A stretch of 41,833 nucleotides of DNA from a virus (IMGVR_UViG_3300025288_000041:1-41833), one strand, 5' to 3'. Positions 27,101 to 35,018 are shown, numbered from the stretch's first letter. A program made the numbers and translations. Notes: a model not told the origin generated them from the sequence alone.

Positions 27101-28926
27101 GTAAGCTAACCATCGAGCCGGTGCTCAAGGACCTGGAGTTCGCCACAAAGCGGATCGCGGCCGAGAAGCCCGAGGAGCAATGGCTATCTCTGGCGCTCGA
27201 GCATATCGTCAGGAACATGAAGGGCGAGCCGAGCAACCTGGGCCGGGACGTTGACGCCACCATGAGCTCGTTGAATGCCAGGATCCGCGCGAACGCCGCC
27301 ATCCAAGGAGTTGTCAAGGCAGCTGGGAAGCCACGGGCGGCTCTTGGTCGGGGTCTGACCTCTGTTGGCCAGGAGATCGAAAAGGTGCCCGGCCTGGGTG
27401 GTGTTGGTGGACGGATCTCCCGCGCGGGCATCGAAGTCACCGACCGGGGCAGCCGGATGATGGCCAACGGCTTCCCCATGTACCGGCGTGGGGATGTGGG
27501 GCGCACGGCCATGGGCGTCTCGTCGCTCGTCTACAGCTCCGTGTTGACCGGCAGCGGGCGTTACTTCCCCATGGCCGTGTCGACAGCCCTGGCCACGACC
27601 GGAGGCCGCTACGGGCTTTTCAGGACCGCCGAGAGCATCCTGCGCATGGGCACCGCAGATGGCAGGGCCATGGCAAAGTCCTCTGGCGTGGGGCGCCAAT
27701 GGCAAAAGATTCTTGAAAGTTCTGAATGGTCGACCATAGGCCGGCTGGCTTCGGATCTGCCGTCGTTCAACGGTGCGACCGTCGTTGGCCCCTCGATCTC
27801 TGCGACCGAGAATCTGATCCGCGGCTGGACGATGCACGCCTGCCTTGGGGATCTGATGCGAAAGTCCGGATACAGCTCATGGCTCGACGTGGAGCGGAAC
27901 GGAATGGCTCACGCCTTCATGCACGAGGCAGTCAGGACCACCGAGGAGGTCAATCACCTGTTCGGGGTCATGGGCAAGCCGGCCGGCTGGGTACGCAAAT
28001 CCAAGTCCGGCACCGCTGCGGCCACGCAGTTTTTGAGTTTTGTTCCGAAACAGACTGAGGAGCTGCTCTCCCAGGCGATGCGAAACCCTGGTCACATTGG
28101 CCGGTATATGATGATCTCCGGGTATCTGCAGCGCACCGCGTCCAAGGCCGGCATGGACATCTCGAACTACGTGGGCCTGGGTTACCTGCCCAAGTCTCCG
28201 GACGAGGCGACATCCGTAATCTTCGACACGATCGGGTCCACGCTCCGCATGGGTGGCGAGCACCTGGCGATGATGTCTGAATACGGGGACGAGCAGAGGG
28301 CCCAGCGAGCTACCGACGAATGGCTTCGCAGCATCGAGAGCTTCATCCCCTATGGAATCGCCATCAAGCGGGCCGCTACCGGATACGAGACGCTGCGCAC
28401 GGGGTCCGTTTTCTCCGGCGGTCGCAAGGTGCGTCAGGCTGACCTTGGCGAATTCAAATGGGATCAGAGCAAATCCTTCATCGAAAACTGGATGCAGCTC
28501 CCGAAGGGTCTCGTTCCTGCCGACGGAAGCACGGCCCACCCGACTGAGCTCATGGCCCTGCTGTCCGGGCTTCGCAGCCCGCAGTCCCAGCTCGAGCAAC
28601 AGAGTTATGCCGCGCGCCTCGAGCAGCAGAGCCGGCGCAATCGTCAGAACCAGAACCTCGCTGAGGCTCTGGATCAGGCGGTGATCTCCGGAGACTACAC
28701 GCGATACAAAAAACTGCTGGCACAAGCGATCCAATCTGGCCTGATCGACCCGGTCAAACTTGGTGGAGTCCAGCGCGGGGCGATGGAACTTGCGGTTCCG
28801 CGCCTGTTGCTGAATCAGATGCGCGGCGATCAGCAGCTGCTCGACTCCTACGAGGAAGACCGCCGCAATCTCATTCTTTACCAGCTCCGCTTTGGTCGTG
28901 AAGGAGGATCCGCTAATGGCAGGTGA
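24181..28926 (+). CDS. large internal virion/ejection protein (1581 aa)
   Basis: Size, helical composition and position at the end of the podovirus structural operon. No catalytic motif recognised. Confidence 0.7.
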   Translation: MPTPLQERARIFREARDKGLTPTEAATMAVPGANPVMIQNFADVTGNLVNVDGFSIPMGVVAARFSAPGLGRRLAADTGIPEQAATDHMDRAVSKMPTAGSAPDYDRFDMMMTNTRRNTAGSITQTVANFKDVGKDIELAAAAGMAFPGNFQQALFGAVIGESPAAVAARLWPTADIGDSPENQQKKALIPMAIKGASMSLIGNIIKLGGAVSPIGGEIEGEAMIQKARGTLQPVLESDYNQNLISGSDILEHANFNAQQAADAVANGDPEAFVSYFSAIPDPGTPERQAYDQAVRDYAAENYAYLSTVKRPIGPSVIVSGLGIKIPNPTHLSLGDVHMAAMAIGGSFLDVFADPLLLTSDAPPAAVEAIRSALPASSRARVTAAIATKGKRLEDLLVASNDANKWAEKAMETYRKNPSEENLARLIHARKNAARVASMHDAGRMGGPGEAVVFNTNPKIRPEHIQPVGDAFLEAPSGAGWSAASDFIADQIKVARKEVQGLEKMVERAGENIPEGQIFTPEQLGENIDDLKKQLTAKKQDLDQWRTTGRWLKSRESLAANHEVDPTRTAAFFKEAMNEQSPYAADAFKLGPDSSNEEALRAVHNNIQRGLVQGAPQEEINQWQRTFSDIVADGAPVDGVIRRSELTPKQLLEDSRDATRRRVLSKSNEPIGDFRQADPGQIENRIAFGPDESESAGEAAAILASGGEIDDMSYYGMPLGMYNTSYGLRPYPHSGTEMRALEKTLTADNEWLGIGPVRTKVEAAEWQQNLGEKMGDFWAKGFYPRTWNLRPAAAIYKIREPMRLLQSAQPELYTRIHNAYSSQDFELARMYSIFRREMRNLGVHRVAGDVEYVDKAVSEKFFHLMNMDPTGEDYIAELAKLPESHRRSISNLRQEQNFIRDKLGLRNSDMSISGFIHHTFDPEMFANGARPLEFLGLPVSGDVFTPTLLNRSGSGEFIPDLSLALDIYARSAARKLTIEPVLKDLEFATKRIAAEKPEEQWLSLALEHIVRNMKGEPSNLGRDVDATMSSLNARIRANAAIQGVVKAAGKPRAALGRGLTSVGQEIEKVPGLGGVGGRISRAGIEVTDRGSRMMANGFPMYRRGDVGRTAMGVSSLVYSSVLTGSGRYFPMAVSTALATTGGRYGLFRTAESILRMGTADGRAMAKSSGVGRQWQKILESSEWSTIGRLASDLPSFNGATVVGPSISATENLIRGWTMHACLGDLMRKSGYSSWLDVERNGMAHAFMHEAVRTTEEVNHLFGVMGKPAGWVRKSKSGTAAATQFLSFVPKQTEELLSQAMRNPGHIGRYMMISGYLQRTASKAGMDISNYVGLGYLPKSPDEATSVIFDTIGSTLRMGGEHLAMMSEYGDEQRAQRATDEWLRSIESFIPYGIAIKRAATGYETLRTGSVFSGGRKVRQADLGEFKWDQSKSFIENWMQLPKGLVPADGSTAHPTELMALLSGLRSPQSQLEQQSYAARLEQQSRRNRQNQNLAEALDQAVISGDYTRYKKLLAQAIQSGLIDPVKLGGVQRGAMELAVPRLLLNQMRGDQQLLDSYEEDRRNLILYQLRFGREGGSANGR

Positions 28927-29257
28927 GAGAAAAATCGACTTCTGGCAAATAGTGCTCAAGTGGCTCGTGCCCGGTCTTGGTATGCTGGTCGTGGCTGGGG
29001 CTGTTGCCCTGGCCAACCGTGATATGTATACCAAGCCACAGATAGACGAGAAGGTCCGGGGAGTGAAGGATCGCGTCGAGCAGGTCGATAAGAGGATCGA
29101 CGAGCGTTTCCTAGCGGAGCGAGAATGGTCGAACGCCCAGGACCAGGCGATCATGAGGAACATCGAGAATCAAAACAAAGCCATCGACAAGCGTCTCCAG
29201 CTGATTCGAGAGGACCAGCAGGAAATCAAGCGCATACTCCAGCGCAGGGAGAATTAA
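28916..29257 (+). CDS. single-TM coiled-coil protein of the lysis cassette (holin/antiholin-like)
   Basis: TM segment WLVPGLGMLVVAGAVALA followed by a charged coiled coil. AAGGAGG SD. Confidence 0.6.
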   Translation: MAGERKIDFWQIVLKWLVPGLGMLVVAGAVALANRDMYTKPQIDEKVRGVKDRVEQVDKRIDERFLAEREWSNAQDQAIMRNIENQNKAIDKRLQLIREDQQEIKRILQRREN

Positions 29258-29259
29258 CC

Positions 29260-29772
29260 ATGCCCATCTGGCGCCCGGTTGAATCATTTGATCTGCGGAG
29301 GATCGACGAGATCCATGTTCACCACTCGGCCGGTACTGATCGCTCGTTCCTCCAGGATTGGAAGGCGATTTGGGATGAGCATGTTTTAGTGAATGGGTGG
29401 TTCGATATTGGATACCATGCGGTGGTAGAGATGGACGGCGGCATCCCTATGGCTCACTTTGGCCGGCCCGAGCACGTGATCCCGGCCAGCGTATTCCGGC
29501 ACAACTCGCACGCCATGGCCATCTGCATCGTGGGAAACTTCTCCTTGGAGCCGCCTTCGAAAAGGCTGCTGGTCTGCGCCGCTCGCCGAGTCGTCGCTCC
29601 CTGGTGCGTGCAGTACGATGTCCAGATCAACAAGGTGTTGGGTCACCGGGAGATCCCTGACACCAACACTGAATGTCCCGGGCTGCTGTTCGACATGGAC
29701 CACTTCCGGGACCTGGTAAGTGGGTTCATCCCGCTGGCCGATGCGGAGCGTGATCCCGAGACCTACAGATAG
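29260..29772 (+). CDS. endolysin, N-acetylmuramoyl-L-alanine amidase (Amidase_2, T7 lysozyme/PGRP-like)
   Basis: HVHHSAG, GWFDIGYH, AICIVGNF, GHRE and TECPG zinc-amidase motifs. Start MPIWRP at 29260. Confidence 0.9.
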   Translation: MPIWRPVESFDLRRIDEIHVHHSAGTDRSFLQDWKAIWDEHVLVNGWFDIGYHAVVEMDGGIPMAHFGRPEHVIPASVFRHNSHAMAICIVGNFSLEPPSKRLLVCAARRVVAPWCVQYDVQINKVLGHREIPDTNTECPGLLFDMDHFRDLVSGFIPLADAERDPETYR

Positions 29773-29780
29773 GAGAAGTC

Positions 29781-30008
29781 ATGAGTAAGTTACGCGCCCG
29801 GATGTTCGAAATCCTTGTGTCCCAGAAGGTGTTCCTTGCGGCCTTCTTCGCCGCGATCATCTGGCTGGAAATCCCGCCGGAGAATCGGTCCGGGAACCTC
29901 AACACCCTGATGCTCGGAATTCTTGGCGTGAAGGCCTTTGACTACGGCCGCGCGGCCGCGATCTCCGTGGCTGAGAGCATCAAAAATTCCAAGAACGGTA
30001 CGACATGA
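29781..30008 (+). CDS. holin (putative, two hydrophobic segments)
   Basis: Small membrane protein with a basic C-terminus next to the endolysin. Confidence 0.65.
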   Translation: MSKLRARMFEILVSQKVFLAAFFAAIIWLEIPPENRSGNLNTLMLGILGVKAFDYGRAAAISVAESIKNSKNGTT

Positions 30009-30292
30009 ATCTCGACCACAACATCTTGCTGATCCTCGGCGGCGGGCTGCTGGCGATGATTCTCAAATTCCTGTGGGGTGAACGGCCACGAAAGGGTGTC
30101 ACGCGAAATCCTGTGATCCCGCGGCCCCTGCCACCGGACGTGCCTGTAGGAGTAAACCATGATCGAGAAAAAGCCGACGATGCGGTGCTGGATGACATTG
30201 CTGGCCGTCCTCATTCTGATGATGCTCTGTCCGATCTGCAGGACCGTCTCGATCGCCACCGGCCAGACGATCCCGGCGACGGCGCCGCCTGA
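30005..30292 (+). CDS. spanin-like inner-membrane protein
   Basis: N-terminal TM plus charged tail. Overlaps the next gene out of frame, as spanin pairs do. Confidence 0.5.
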   Translation: MNLDHNILLILGGGLLAMILKFLWGERPRKGVTRNPVIPRPLPPDVPVGVNHDREKADDAVLDDIAGRPHSDDALSDLQDRLDRHRPDDPGDGAA

Positions 30293-30566
30293 TACCACAG
30301 TCAAGATGATTCTGGTCCCGGAGTCCAAGATCCGGCAGTCCACCGCCCTGATCGACGACCTTGATCGTCGGCTGGGGTTGGCCCTCAACCGGATCGCCGA
30401 ACGTGACAGCGTGATTCAGAACCGGGACACGATGTGGGGCCAGCAGGTCGACGGCTGGAAGGCGCAGGCCGAGGCTGCATGGGAGAGGGCCGACTCGTTC
30501 TGGAACAAGAACCAGTCAGCCTTCTGGGCTTTCCTCGGAATGGTCGCTGCGTCGTTGCTTCGCTAG
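30159..30566 (+). CDS. spanin-like protein (signal/TM, coiled coil, C-terminal TM)
   Basis: Hydrophobic N-terminus with Cys, coiled coil and C-terminal AFWAFLGMVAASLLR. The start may be at 30180. Confidence 0.55.
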   Translation: MIEKKPTMRCWMTLLAVLILMMLCPICRTVSIATGQTIPATAPPDTTVKMILVPESKIRQSTALIDDLDRRLGLALNRIAERDSVIQNRDTMWGQQVDGWKAQAEAAWERADSFWNKNQSAFWAFLGMVAASLLR

Positions 30567-31088
30567 TTCTAGATCCGATAGGCGCAAATACCCTCTGCCG
30601 TCGGCCCCCTCCATGAGCTCAAGCAATGGGAAGTACCACGACTGACCCCAGGAAACATGCAGTATCTCCATGCCCCATTCGTGCAGGAATTTTAGTGCAA
30701 GATCGCCAGGAATTACGTCCTCGCCCTCCTTCGGCTCGGCGTCCTCGGCGCAGTAGCAGCCGTCCGCATCTTCTCCGCACTCCGGGCACGACCAGTTCGA
30801 ACACTCGCCCCTTTCGTCCTTCATTACGATTACCCGCACCGGCCCGCAGTAGTCTCCCCTCGAACTGTTCGGCTTTTCCGAATACTTGGCGCACCAGTCG
30901 TCCGCCTTCGTAAACACGCCGGGGCCGACACCAACGACGAACCTCTTGCTACGCGCCCCTCGCCGTGGCCAGTAGTCATACGGTGACCATTGGCGGCAAA
31001 AACCGCTTGTAGCGCCCCTCTCCATTGCGCCGGAATGGCTCCAGTGACGGCACGACCGGCACGCCTCGCTAAGTATGTCACGGTCCAT
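30516..31088 (-). CDS. Cys-rich hypothetical protein, possibly a fusion of several small genes
   Basis: Start MDRDIL at 31088 via TGATG coupling. CRSCRHW...GFCR...DDWC module followed by a CPECG...CYC module. Confidence 0.6.
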   Translation of the reverse strand: MDRDILSEACRSCRHWSHSGAMERGATSGFCRQWSPYDYWPRRGARSKRFVVGVGPGVFTKADDWCAKYSEKPNSSRGDYCGPVRVIVMKDERGECSNWSCPECGEDADGCYCAEDAEPKEGEDVIPGDLALKFLHEWGMEILHVSWGQSWYFPLLELMEGADGRGYLRLSDLELAKQRRSDHSEESPEG

Positions 31089-31777
31089 CACTCGCCCCCT
31101 TTGATAGCATCGAACACCGCCGGGATGACAGCGGCATAGGTGTGGCGGCCCTCGTTCCGTGCTCTCGCAACAAAGGCTTCTACGGTTCCACGCCAACATC
31201 CTGCTTCGACCATTTTAGTGCCGCACTTGCCGAGCACGCATTTTACCTGACGGCCCGATCCATCAACGTTTGATATCGTAAGCCATGCGGACACTATGAC
31301 CCCAAGCCACTTGCACTCGTCGCCAAGCGTGCACCTGTTGCCAAGCGTGCACCTGGTGCCAAGCTTGCACCTGTTGCCAAGCTTGCACCTGTTGCCAAGC
31401 TTGCACCAGTCGCCAAGCGTGCACTCGTTGCCAAGCGTGCACTCTTTGCCAAGCGTGCACTCTTTGCCAAGCGTGCACTCGTTGCCAAGCGTGCACTCTT
31501 TGCCAAGCGTGCACTCGTTGCCAAGCGTGCACTCTTTGCCAAGCGTGCACTCGTTGCCAAGCGTGCACTCTTTGCCAAGCTTGCACCAGTCGCCAAGCTT
31601 GCACCAGTCGCCAAGCTTGCACCAGTCGCCAAGCTTGCACCAGTTGCCAAGCGTGCACTCGTTGCCAAGCTTGCACCAGTTGCCAAGCTGCGAATAATCC
31701 GGGATGGTCGTACCGTCTTTTATTCTCGCGTTAGGCGGTACGATCCAGCCTCCGCATTCATTCAGTGGGTAATCCAT
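31088..31777 (-). CDS. hexapeptide-repeat (left-handed beta-helix-like) phage protein
   Basis: 21 LGxxC(K/T) repeats, then a C-terminal VEAGCWRGTVEAF domain. Start MDYPLN at 31777. Confidence 0.8.
   Translation of the reverse strand: MDYPLNECGGWIVPPNARIKDGTTIPDYSQLGNWCKLGNECTLGNWCKLGDWCKLGDWCKLGDWCKLGKECTLGNECTLGKECTLGNECTLGKECTLGNECTLGKECTLGKECTLGNECTLGDWCKLGNRCKLGNRCKLGTRCTLGNRCTLGDECKWLGVIVSAWLTISNVDGSGRQVKCVLGKCGTKMVEAGCWRGTVEAFVARARNEGRHTYAAVIPAVFDAIKGGE
31310..31687. repeat. 18-bp coding tandem repeat, 21 copies
   Basis: Unit CTTGGC-NNN-NNG-TGC-A(A/C)G on the - strand. Confidence 0.95.
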
Positions 31778-31973
31778 CACTCGCCCCTTTCGTCGGGTTT
31801 CCCGCCGTTGAGGTAGTGCAACAGCCGTTTGGACTGCCACTCGTGTTCAGCGGCCGCTGCGGCGGCCCGTGCGGCGGCCCGTGCGGCCAATGTGGCCTCT
31901 GCGGCCAATGCGGCGGCCAAAGGAGGTTTTGGAACGGAGATTTTCCTTCGGTTGATAAAAACTTGAGGTACAT
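31777..31973 (-). pseudogene. Ala-repeat phage protein with internal deletion and frameshift
   Basis: MYLKFLSTEGKSPFQNLLW is followed in another frame by LAAALAAEATLAARAAARAAAAAAEHEWQSKRLLHYLNGGKPDERGE*, whose TGA overlaps the next ATG. Confidence 0.7.
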
Positions 31974-31996
31974 CACTCGACCCCCTTGCAGATCAT
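31973..31996 (-). pseudogene. 7-codon minigene MICKGVE*
   Basis: ATG overlaps the upstream stop (ATGA) and its TGA overlaps the downstream ATG (TGATG). Confidence 0.5.
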
Positions 31997-32193
31997 GGCT
32001 CGTCCTCCGGCTTGGGGATCGGCCCGAAATACTGCGTGCCGACAGGATCATCCGCCACCTGCCCACCATCTCCAGACCAGATCAAAAAGCCCACGTCGTC
32101 CTCGGCGGTCTCGTCAAGGTCGATCACAACCCCGGGAAGCCGAACCAGCCATATCTGATCAGGCTCTTTAGGCTGTTCGGTTGTCCAGTTCAT
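31993..32193 (-). CDS. small hypothetical protein (MNWTTEQPKEP...YFGPIPKP)
   Basis: WTTExP...W...GPIPxP pattern common in small phage proteins. Confidence 0.7.
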   Translation of the reverse strand: MNWTTEQPKEPDQIWLVRLPGVVIDLDETAEDDVGFLIWSGDGGQVADDPVGTQYFGPIPKPEDEP

Positions 32194-32210
32194 TCCATCT
32201 GCCTCTCGTT

Positions 32211-32411
32211 CTAAATTTCAACCTCTACCGCAACGCGCCTACCTCCGCGCCGCGGGTTTCCATCTCGTTTAGCTCCCCAGTGGAAACCGCCCACAGCTGT
32301 CTCGCCAGCGCCCGGAGCGACCTGGTTTCCCAAGTCACTGCATCCGATGCTCATCCCCTTAAATAACGGACTTTCTTGTCCAAATTTGTTAATTGCCATC
32401 ACCTCAGGCAT
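32211..32411 (-). CDS. hypothetical protein or degraded remnant
   Basis: GAGGGAG SD before ATG, but the product is unconvincing. Confidence 0.3.
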   Translation of the reverse strand: MPEVMAINKFGQESPLFKGMSIGCSDLGNQVAPGAGETAVGGFHWGAKRDGNPRRGGRRVAVEVEI

Positions 32412-32468
32412 TTGCTCCCTCGATCTGCGAATTCAGCCCCGTCAGAAGTCGGCACACGCGGCGGATGA

Positions 32469-32846
32469 TCATGGGCGGACCTCCGATATGGTGCAGATCG
32501 CCTGGCCGCCACGAATCACGTCTCCGAACACGGTGCGTCGGTCGATCACTTGGGAGTCGTCCCCCCAGACCCCAGCTGCCGTCAGGCTGTCGAGAATGGC
32601 CTTGTCGAAGTTATCCACGTCCCTGCGCCGTCTGTCCGGCGGGCATAGCTCGATGGTCATGGCCAGCGCACCCTGTAGCGGTATCGGCCAGAATCCGATG
32701 GTCCGCTTCACGTCGGACTTGTAGCCCCGGGCCCGCTCGGTGAGGATATTCACCGCAATCCTGCCGCGAGGAATGGCCCGGACCCAGGCATTGACCGATG
32801 GCGGCCAGGGAAGGACCAGGCGTTCGGTGCGTGAGGCTGTGGTCAT
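32469..32846 (-). CDS. rusA: RusA-family Holliday junction resolvase
   Basis: LPWPPSVN, PPDRRRRDVDNFDKAILDSL..AGVWGDDSQV with catalytic Asp and Lys residues intact. Confidence 0.93.
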   Translation of the reverse strand: MTTASRTERLVLPWPPSVNAWVRAIPRGRIAVNILTERARGYKSDVKRTIGFWPIPLQGALAMTIELCPPDRRRRDVDNFDKAILDSLTAAGVWGDDSQVIDRRTVFGDVIRGGQAICTISEVRP

Positions 32847-33379
32847 TCGACCACCGCTCCTTGTCCGGCCTCGAGCTCGTTCAGGTGGACCAGCAGGGCT
32901 GTCCTGATCCGTTCTCCGTGATCCTCGCTGTCGATCCACTCAGCGGCCGCATGGGGCCCGTCGTTACAGAACACGGTCTTGAGCTGGTTCTTGAGCCACG
33001 CCAGGGTGGCGTTCCTGGCCCGGATCCGTTCTGCTTCGGCCTGGTCTGTCCCTGCTCTCCCCCCGTACTCGGCCCGGATCTCGGTGATGTGGCGATCGAG
33101 GGTTAGGGTGACCCCGTGCTTGGCCTTCCAGTCGTCCAGGGTGGTTCCGTGCTCCAGGAGGAGCCGGCTTGCGAATCCGAGTTGCTTGGGCGTGGCTGGT
33201 GGGGATTTTTTCCGTGGGTCCGGAGGACCACCCGGGGGGGGGTCCGGGATCGGCCGGATCCGAGGTGGGCGAAAGTTGATCAGCCTGGGCCTCGCGCGCG
33301 CGCGCCCCACGGGCTGACGGCTCTGCGGATCGATGATGAATTTGCCTTGCGCCTGTGCGCTGATGAACACTTTGGCCAC
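32843..33379 (-). CDS. hypothetical protein (Pro-rich linker, ATPKQL motif)
   Basis: GAGGAGG SD before GTG at 33379. Stop overlaps the rusA ATG. Confidence 0.65.
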   Translation of the reverse strand: MAKVFISAQAQGKFIIDPQSRQPVGRARARPRLINFRPPRIRPIPDPPPGGPPDPRKKSPPATPKQLGFASRLLLEHGTTLDDWKAKHGVTLTLDRHITEIRAEYGGRAGTDQAEAERIRARNATLAWLKNQLKTVFCNDGPHAAAEWIDSEDHGERIRTALLVHLNELEAGQGAVVE

Positions 33380-33436
33380 GAGAGCCCTCCTCACAGGTTG
33401 CGGGGGCGGAAACCGCCCCCGGTTGTGCGGCCCTGC

Positions 33437-33499
33437 TTATTTACGGAGCCACCAGAACAGATCGATCAGGGCCAAGCCCAGGAAGATTTCGTAGTGCAT
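33437..33499 (-). CDS. 20-aa hydrophobic peptide MHYEIFLGLALIDLFWWLRK
   Basis: Perfect SD AAAGGAGGTGA, extended -10 upstream and a 9-bp GC hairpin (33401-33421) downstream. Confidence 0.6.
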   Translation of the reverse strand: MHYEIFLGLALIDLFWWLRK

Positions 33500-33526
33500 C
33501 GCTCACCTCCTTTGGGTTGGGTGTCC

Positions 33527-33535
33527 ATTATACCA
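33527..33535 (-). promoter_or_regulatory. extended -10 promoter (TGgTATAAT)
   Basis: Exact TGn-TATAAT in an intergenic gap. Confidence 0.55.
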
Positions 33536-33556
33536 CAAGCGGAGCAGCCAGTGTTG

Positions 33557-33745
33557 CTATTTTGCCCCGTCCTCCAGCATATCTTGCAGCAGCGATAGTG
33601 CCATGCACGCCAGCCGGACAGACACTGGGCCGTCGATCTCGATCTTGCCCCCGCCCGTTTTCAGGTGTCGCCGGTCGATGACCAGACGCACGTAGGGCAG
33701 GCCGAGGCGCTTGGCGGCCTGCAGTGGAGTTTCTTCACGGATCAT
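33557..33745 (-). CDS. small hypothetical protein
   Basis: ATGA coupling with the upstream gene. Confidence 0.6.
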   Translation of the reverse strand: MIREETPLQAAKRLGLPYVRLVIDRRHLKTGGGKIEIDGPVSVRLACMALSLLQDMLEDGAK

Positions 33746-33960
33746 GGCGCTGCTATTGTGGGCTGGAGATGGTTATAAACATCAGCCATGCTCTCCAAAG
33801 TGATCTTATGCATGTGCCCAGGAACGCGGATTATGAATGTGCCGGTGCGGATGTGGTAGGACAGTTTCATTCTTGCAGGGGAGACAGCAATGCCTCTCTG
33901 CTCCAGTATCGCCAACGCTGCCCGGCACAGTTGATCATCATGAATTTCTAGTTCTTCCAT
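33742..33960 (-). CDS. hypothetical protein (72 aa, MEELEIH...)
   Basis: Probable internal ATG of the track ORF 33742..34272. Confidence 0.5.
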   Translation of the reverse strand: MEELEIHDDQLCRAALAILEQRGIAVSPARMKLSYHIRTGTFIIRVPGHMHKITLESMADVYNHLQPTIAAP

Positions 33961-34075
33961 GTTGTGCCCCCCAATCGGTGGGACGCCCGTGGACTTTGCG
34001 CTGCCCTTTACGGCAAGAACGGCCTTGGTCCACCAATCGTAAAAGCGACCGAAAAACTGGTGGTCTGTTTCTCCT

Positions 34076-34375
34076 CTAATCACGACTGCAAAACCTCCTG
34101 GGACTTTTATTGATCTCCGGTATTGGACAGCACTCGTCGGCGTCTTTCTTTTTCCAGTGATACATGCCACATGTGGTGCACCTGAAATCTCCAGACTGCA
34201 CCCGCTCTTGACGGGCCACATCAGGAGGCAAACGCCCTTCGCTCGCTGCTTTCTGGAGCAGCTTGCGTTCACCGACCAGGGCCTCGTTGACCAGTGAGGA
34301 CTTTGCGCTACCCTTCGGTCGACGTTTGGCCCTGGTCGGTTTAGCTGCCGTTGCCTGCCTTTTGTTTCGCCCCAA
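34076..34375 (-). CDS. basic protein with a C-terminal CxxCGxxH...CC metal-binding motif
   Basis: FRCTTCGMYHWKKKDADECCP. Probable TTG start after AAGGA. Confidence 0.55.
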   Translation of the reverse strand: MGRNKRQATAAKPTRAKRRPKGSAKSSLVNEALVGERKLLQKAASEGRLPPDVARQERVQSGDFRCTTCGMYHWKKKDADECCPIPEINKSPRRFCSRD

Positions 34376-34658
34376 GGTTTTTCCTTCTTGGATTGTAGAC
34401 GCCATAACAGGAAAAATGCTCACCGCTATGGCGCTTGCCGCCCTCGAATCGAACAAACCGGAGCCCGCGGTCTCCGTAATTCCGGAAACGAGAGACGGGA
34501 ATACAAACCCGCAGGTTGGTGTACTTGATGCGCCGATCGCTGCACTCGATCAGAATGCAGTAGGCAGCGTACCCGCTGCCAACCCTCTCGATCAGAAACC
34601 GGTTGCCGGACGCGATGTGCTCCCATATCTGGGAGTGGGCCGGGATCGTCTGCTCCAT
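34341..34658 (-). CDS. hypothetical protein
   Basis: AGGAGG SD before ATG at 34658 (MEQTIP). Confidence 0.6.
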   Translation of the reverse strand: MEQTIPAHSQIWEHIASGNRFLIERVGSGYAAYCILIECSDRRIKYTNLRVCIPVSRFRNYGDRGLRFVRFEGGKRHSGEHFSCYGVYNPRRKNLGAKQKAGNGS

Positions 34659-34662
34659 GCTG

Positions 34663-35016
34663 CTATTCCTCCTGCTCCTTGGCCTTGAGGTAGACCTGAC
34701 CGGCATGCAAAACGACCACGACCCAATCCTTGCCGCCGGCCTTGATGGAGTGGTCCACTCCATCGTAGGCGTTGAAGGTGATCCAATCCCCCACCGAAAG
34801 CCCGGCTACTCCGAGCTTTGTAGCTTCGGCCCGGTAGCTCTGCCCCAGCTGGAGGATGCGCCCGGTGCTCTCTCGACGTTTGCCCTCGTCGGGGACGATG
34901 ATGTGCCCGATTTTTCCTGGAGTCTCGTCCCTCAAGAGCAGAACCCTGGGTCCCATGATCTCGATGTTGGCCAGAGCCACGCGGGCCTCATCGAAGCGGT
35001 CCATGTTCGACGGCAT
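34663..35016 (-). CDS. groES: GroES-like co-chaperonin
   Basis: GPRVLL, GHIIVPD mobile loop, TGRILQLG and VGDWITFNAYDG match the Cpn10 pattern. AGGAGG SD. Confidence 0.85.
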   Translation of the reverse strand: MPSNMDRFDEARVALANIEIMGPRVLLLRDETPGKIGHIIVPDEGKRRESTGRILQLGQSYRAEATKLGVAGLSVGDWITFNAYDGVDHSIKAGGKDWVVVVLHAGQVYLKAKEQEE

Positions 35017-35018
35017 GC

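Noticed and set aside
4542-29163. Long antisense and overlapping ORFs across the structural operon
   Set aside because: Expected shadows of GC-rich coding sequence, with no recognisable motifs or ribosome-binding sites.
31310-31687. Possible CRISPR array or DGR variable region
   Set aside because: Contiguous 18-bp coding repeat with no spacers. No reverse transcriptase or template/variable repeat pair is visible.
31263-31697. Alternative-frame repeat ORFs (QAWQRVHAW, ATGASL, PSVHSL)
   Set aside because: By-products of a stop-free repeat. Only the LGxxC frame has unique flanking domains and coupled start and stop.
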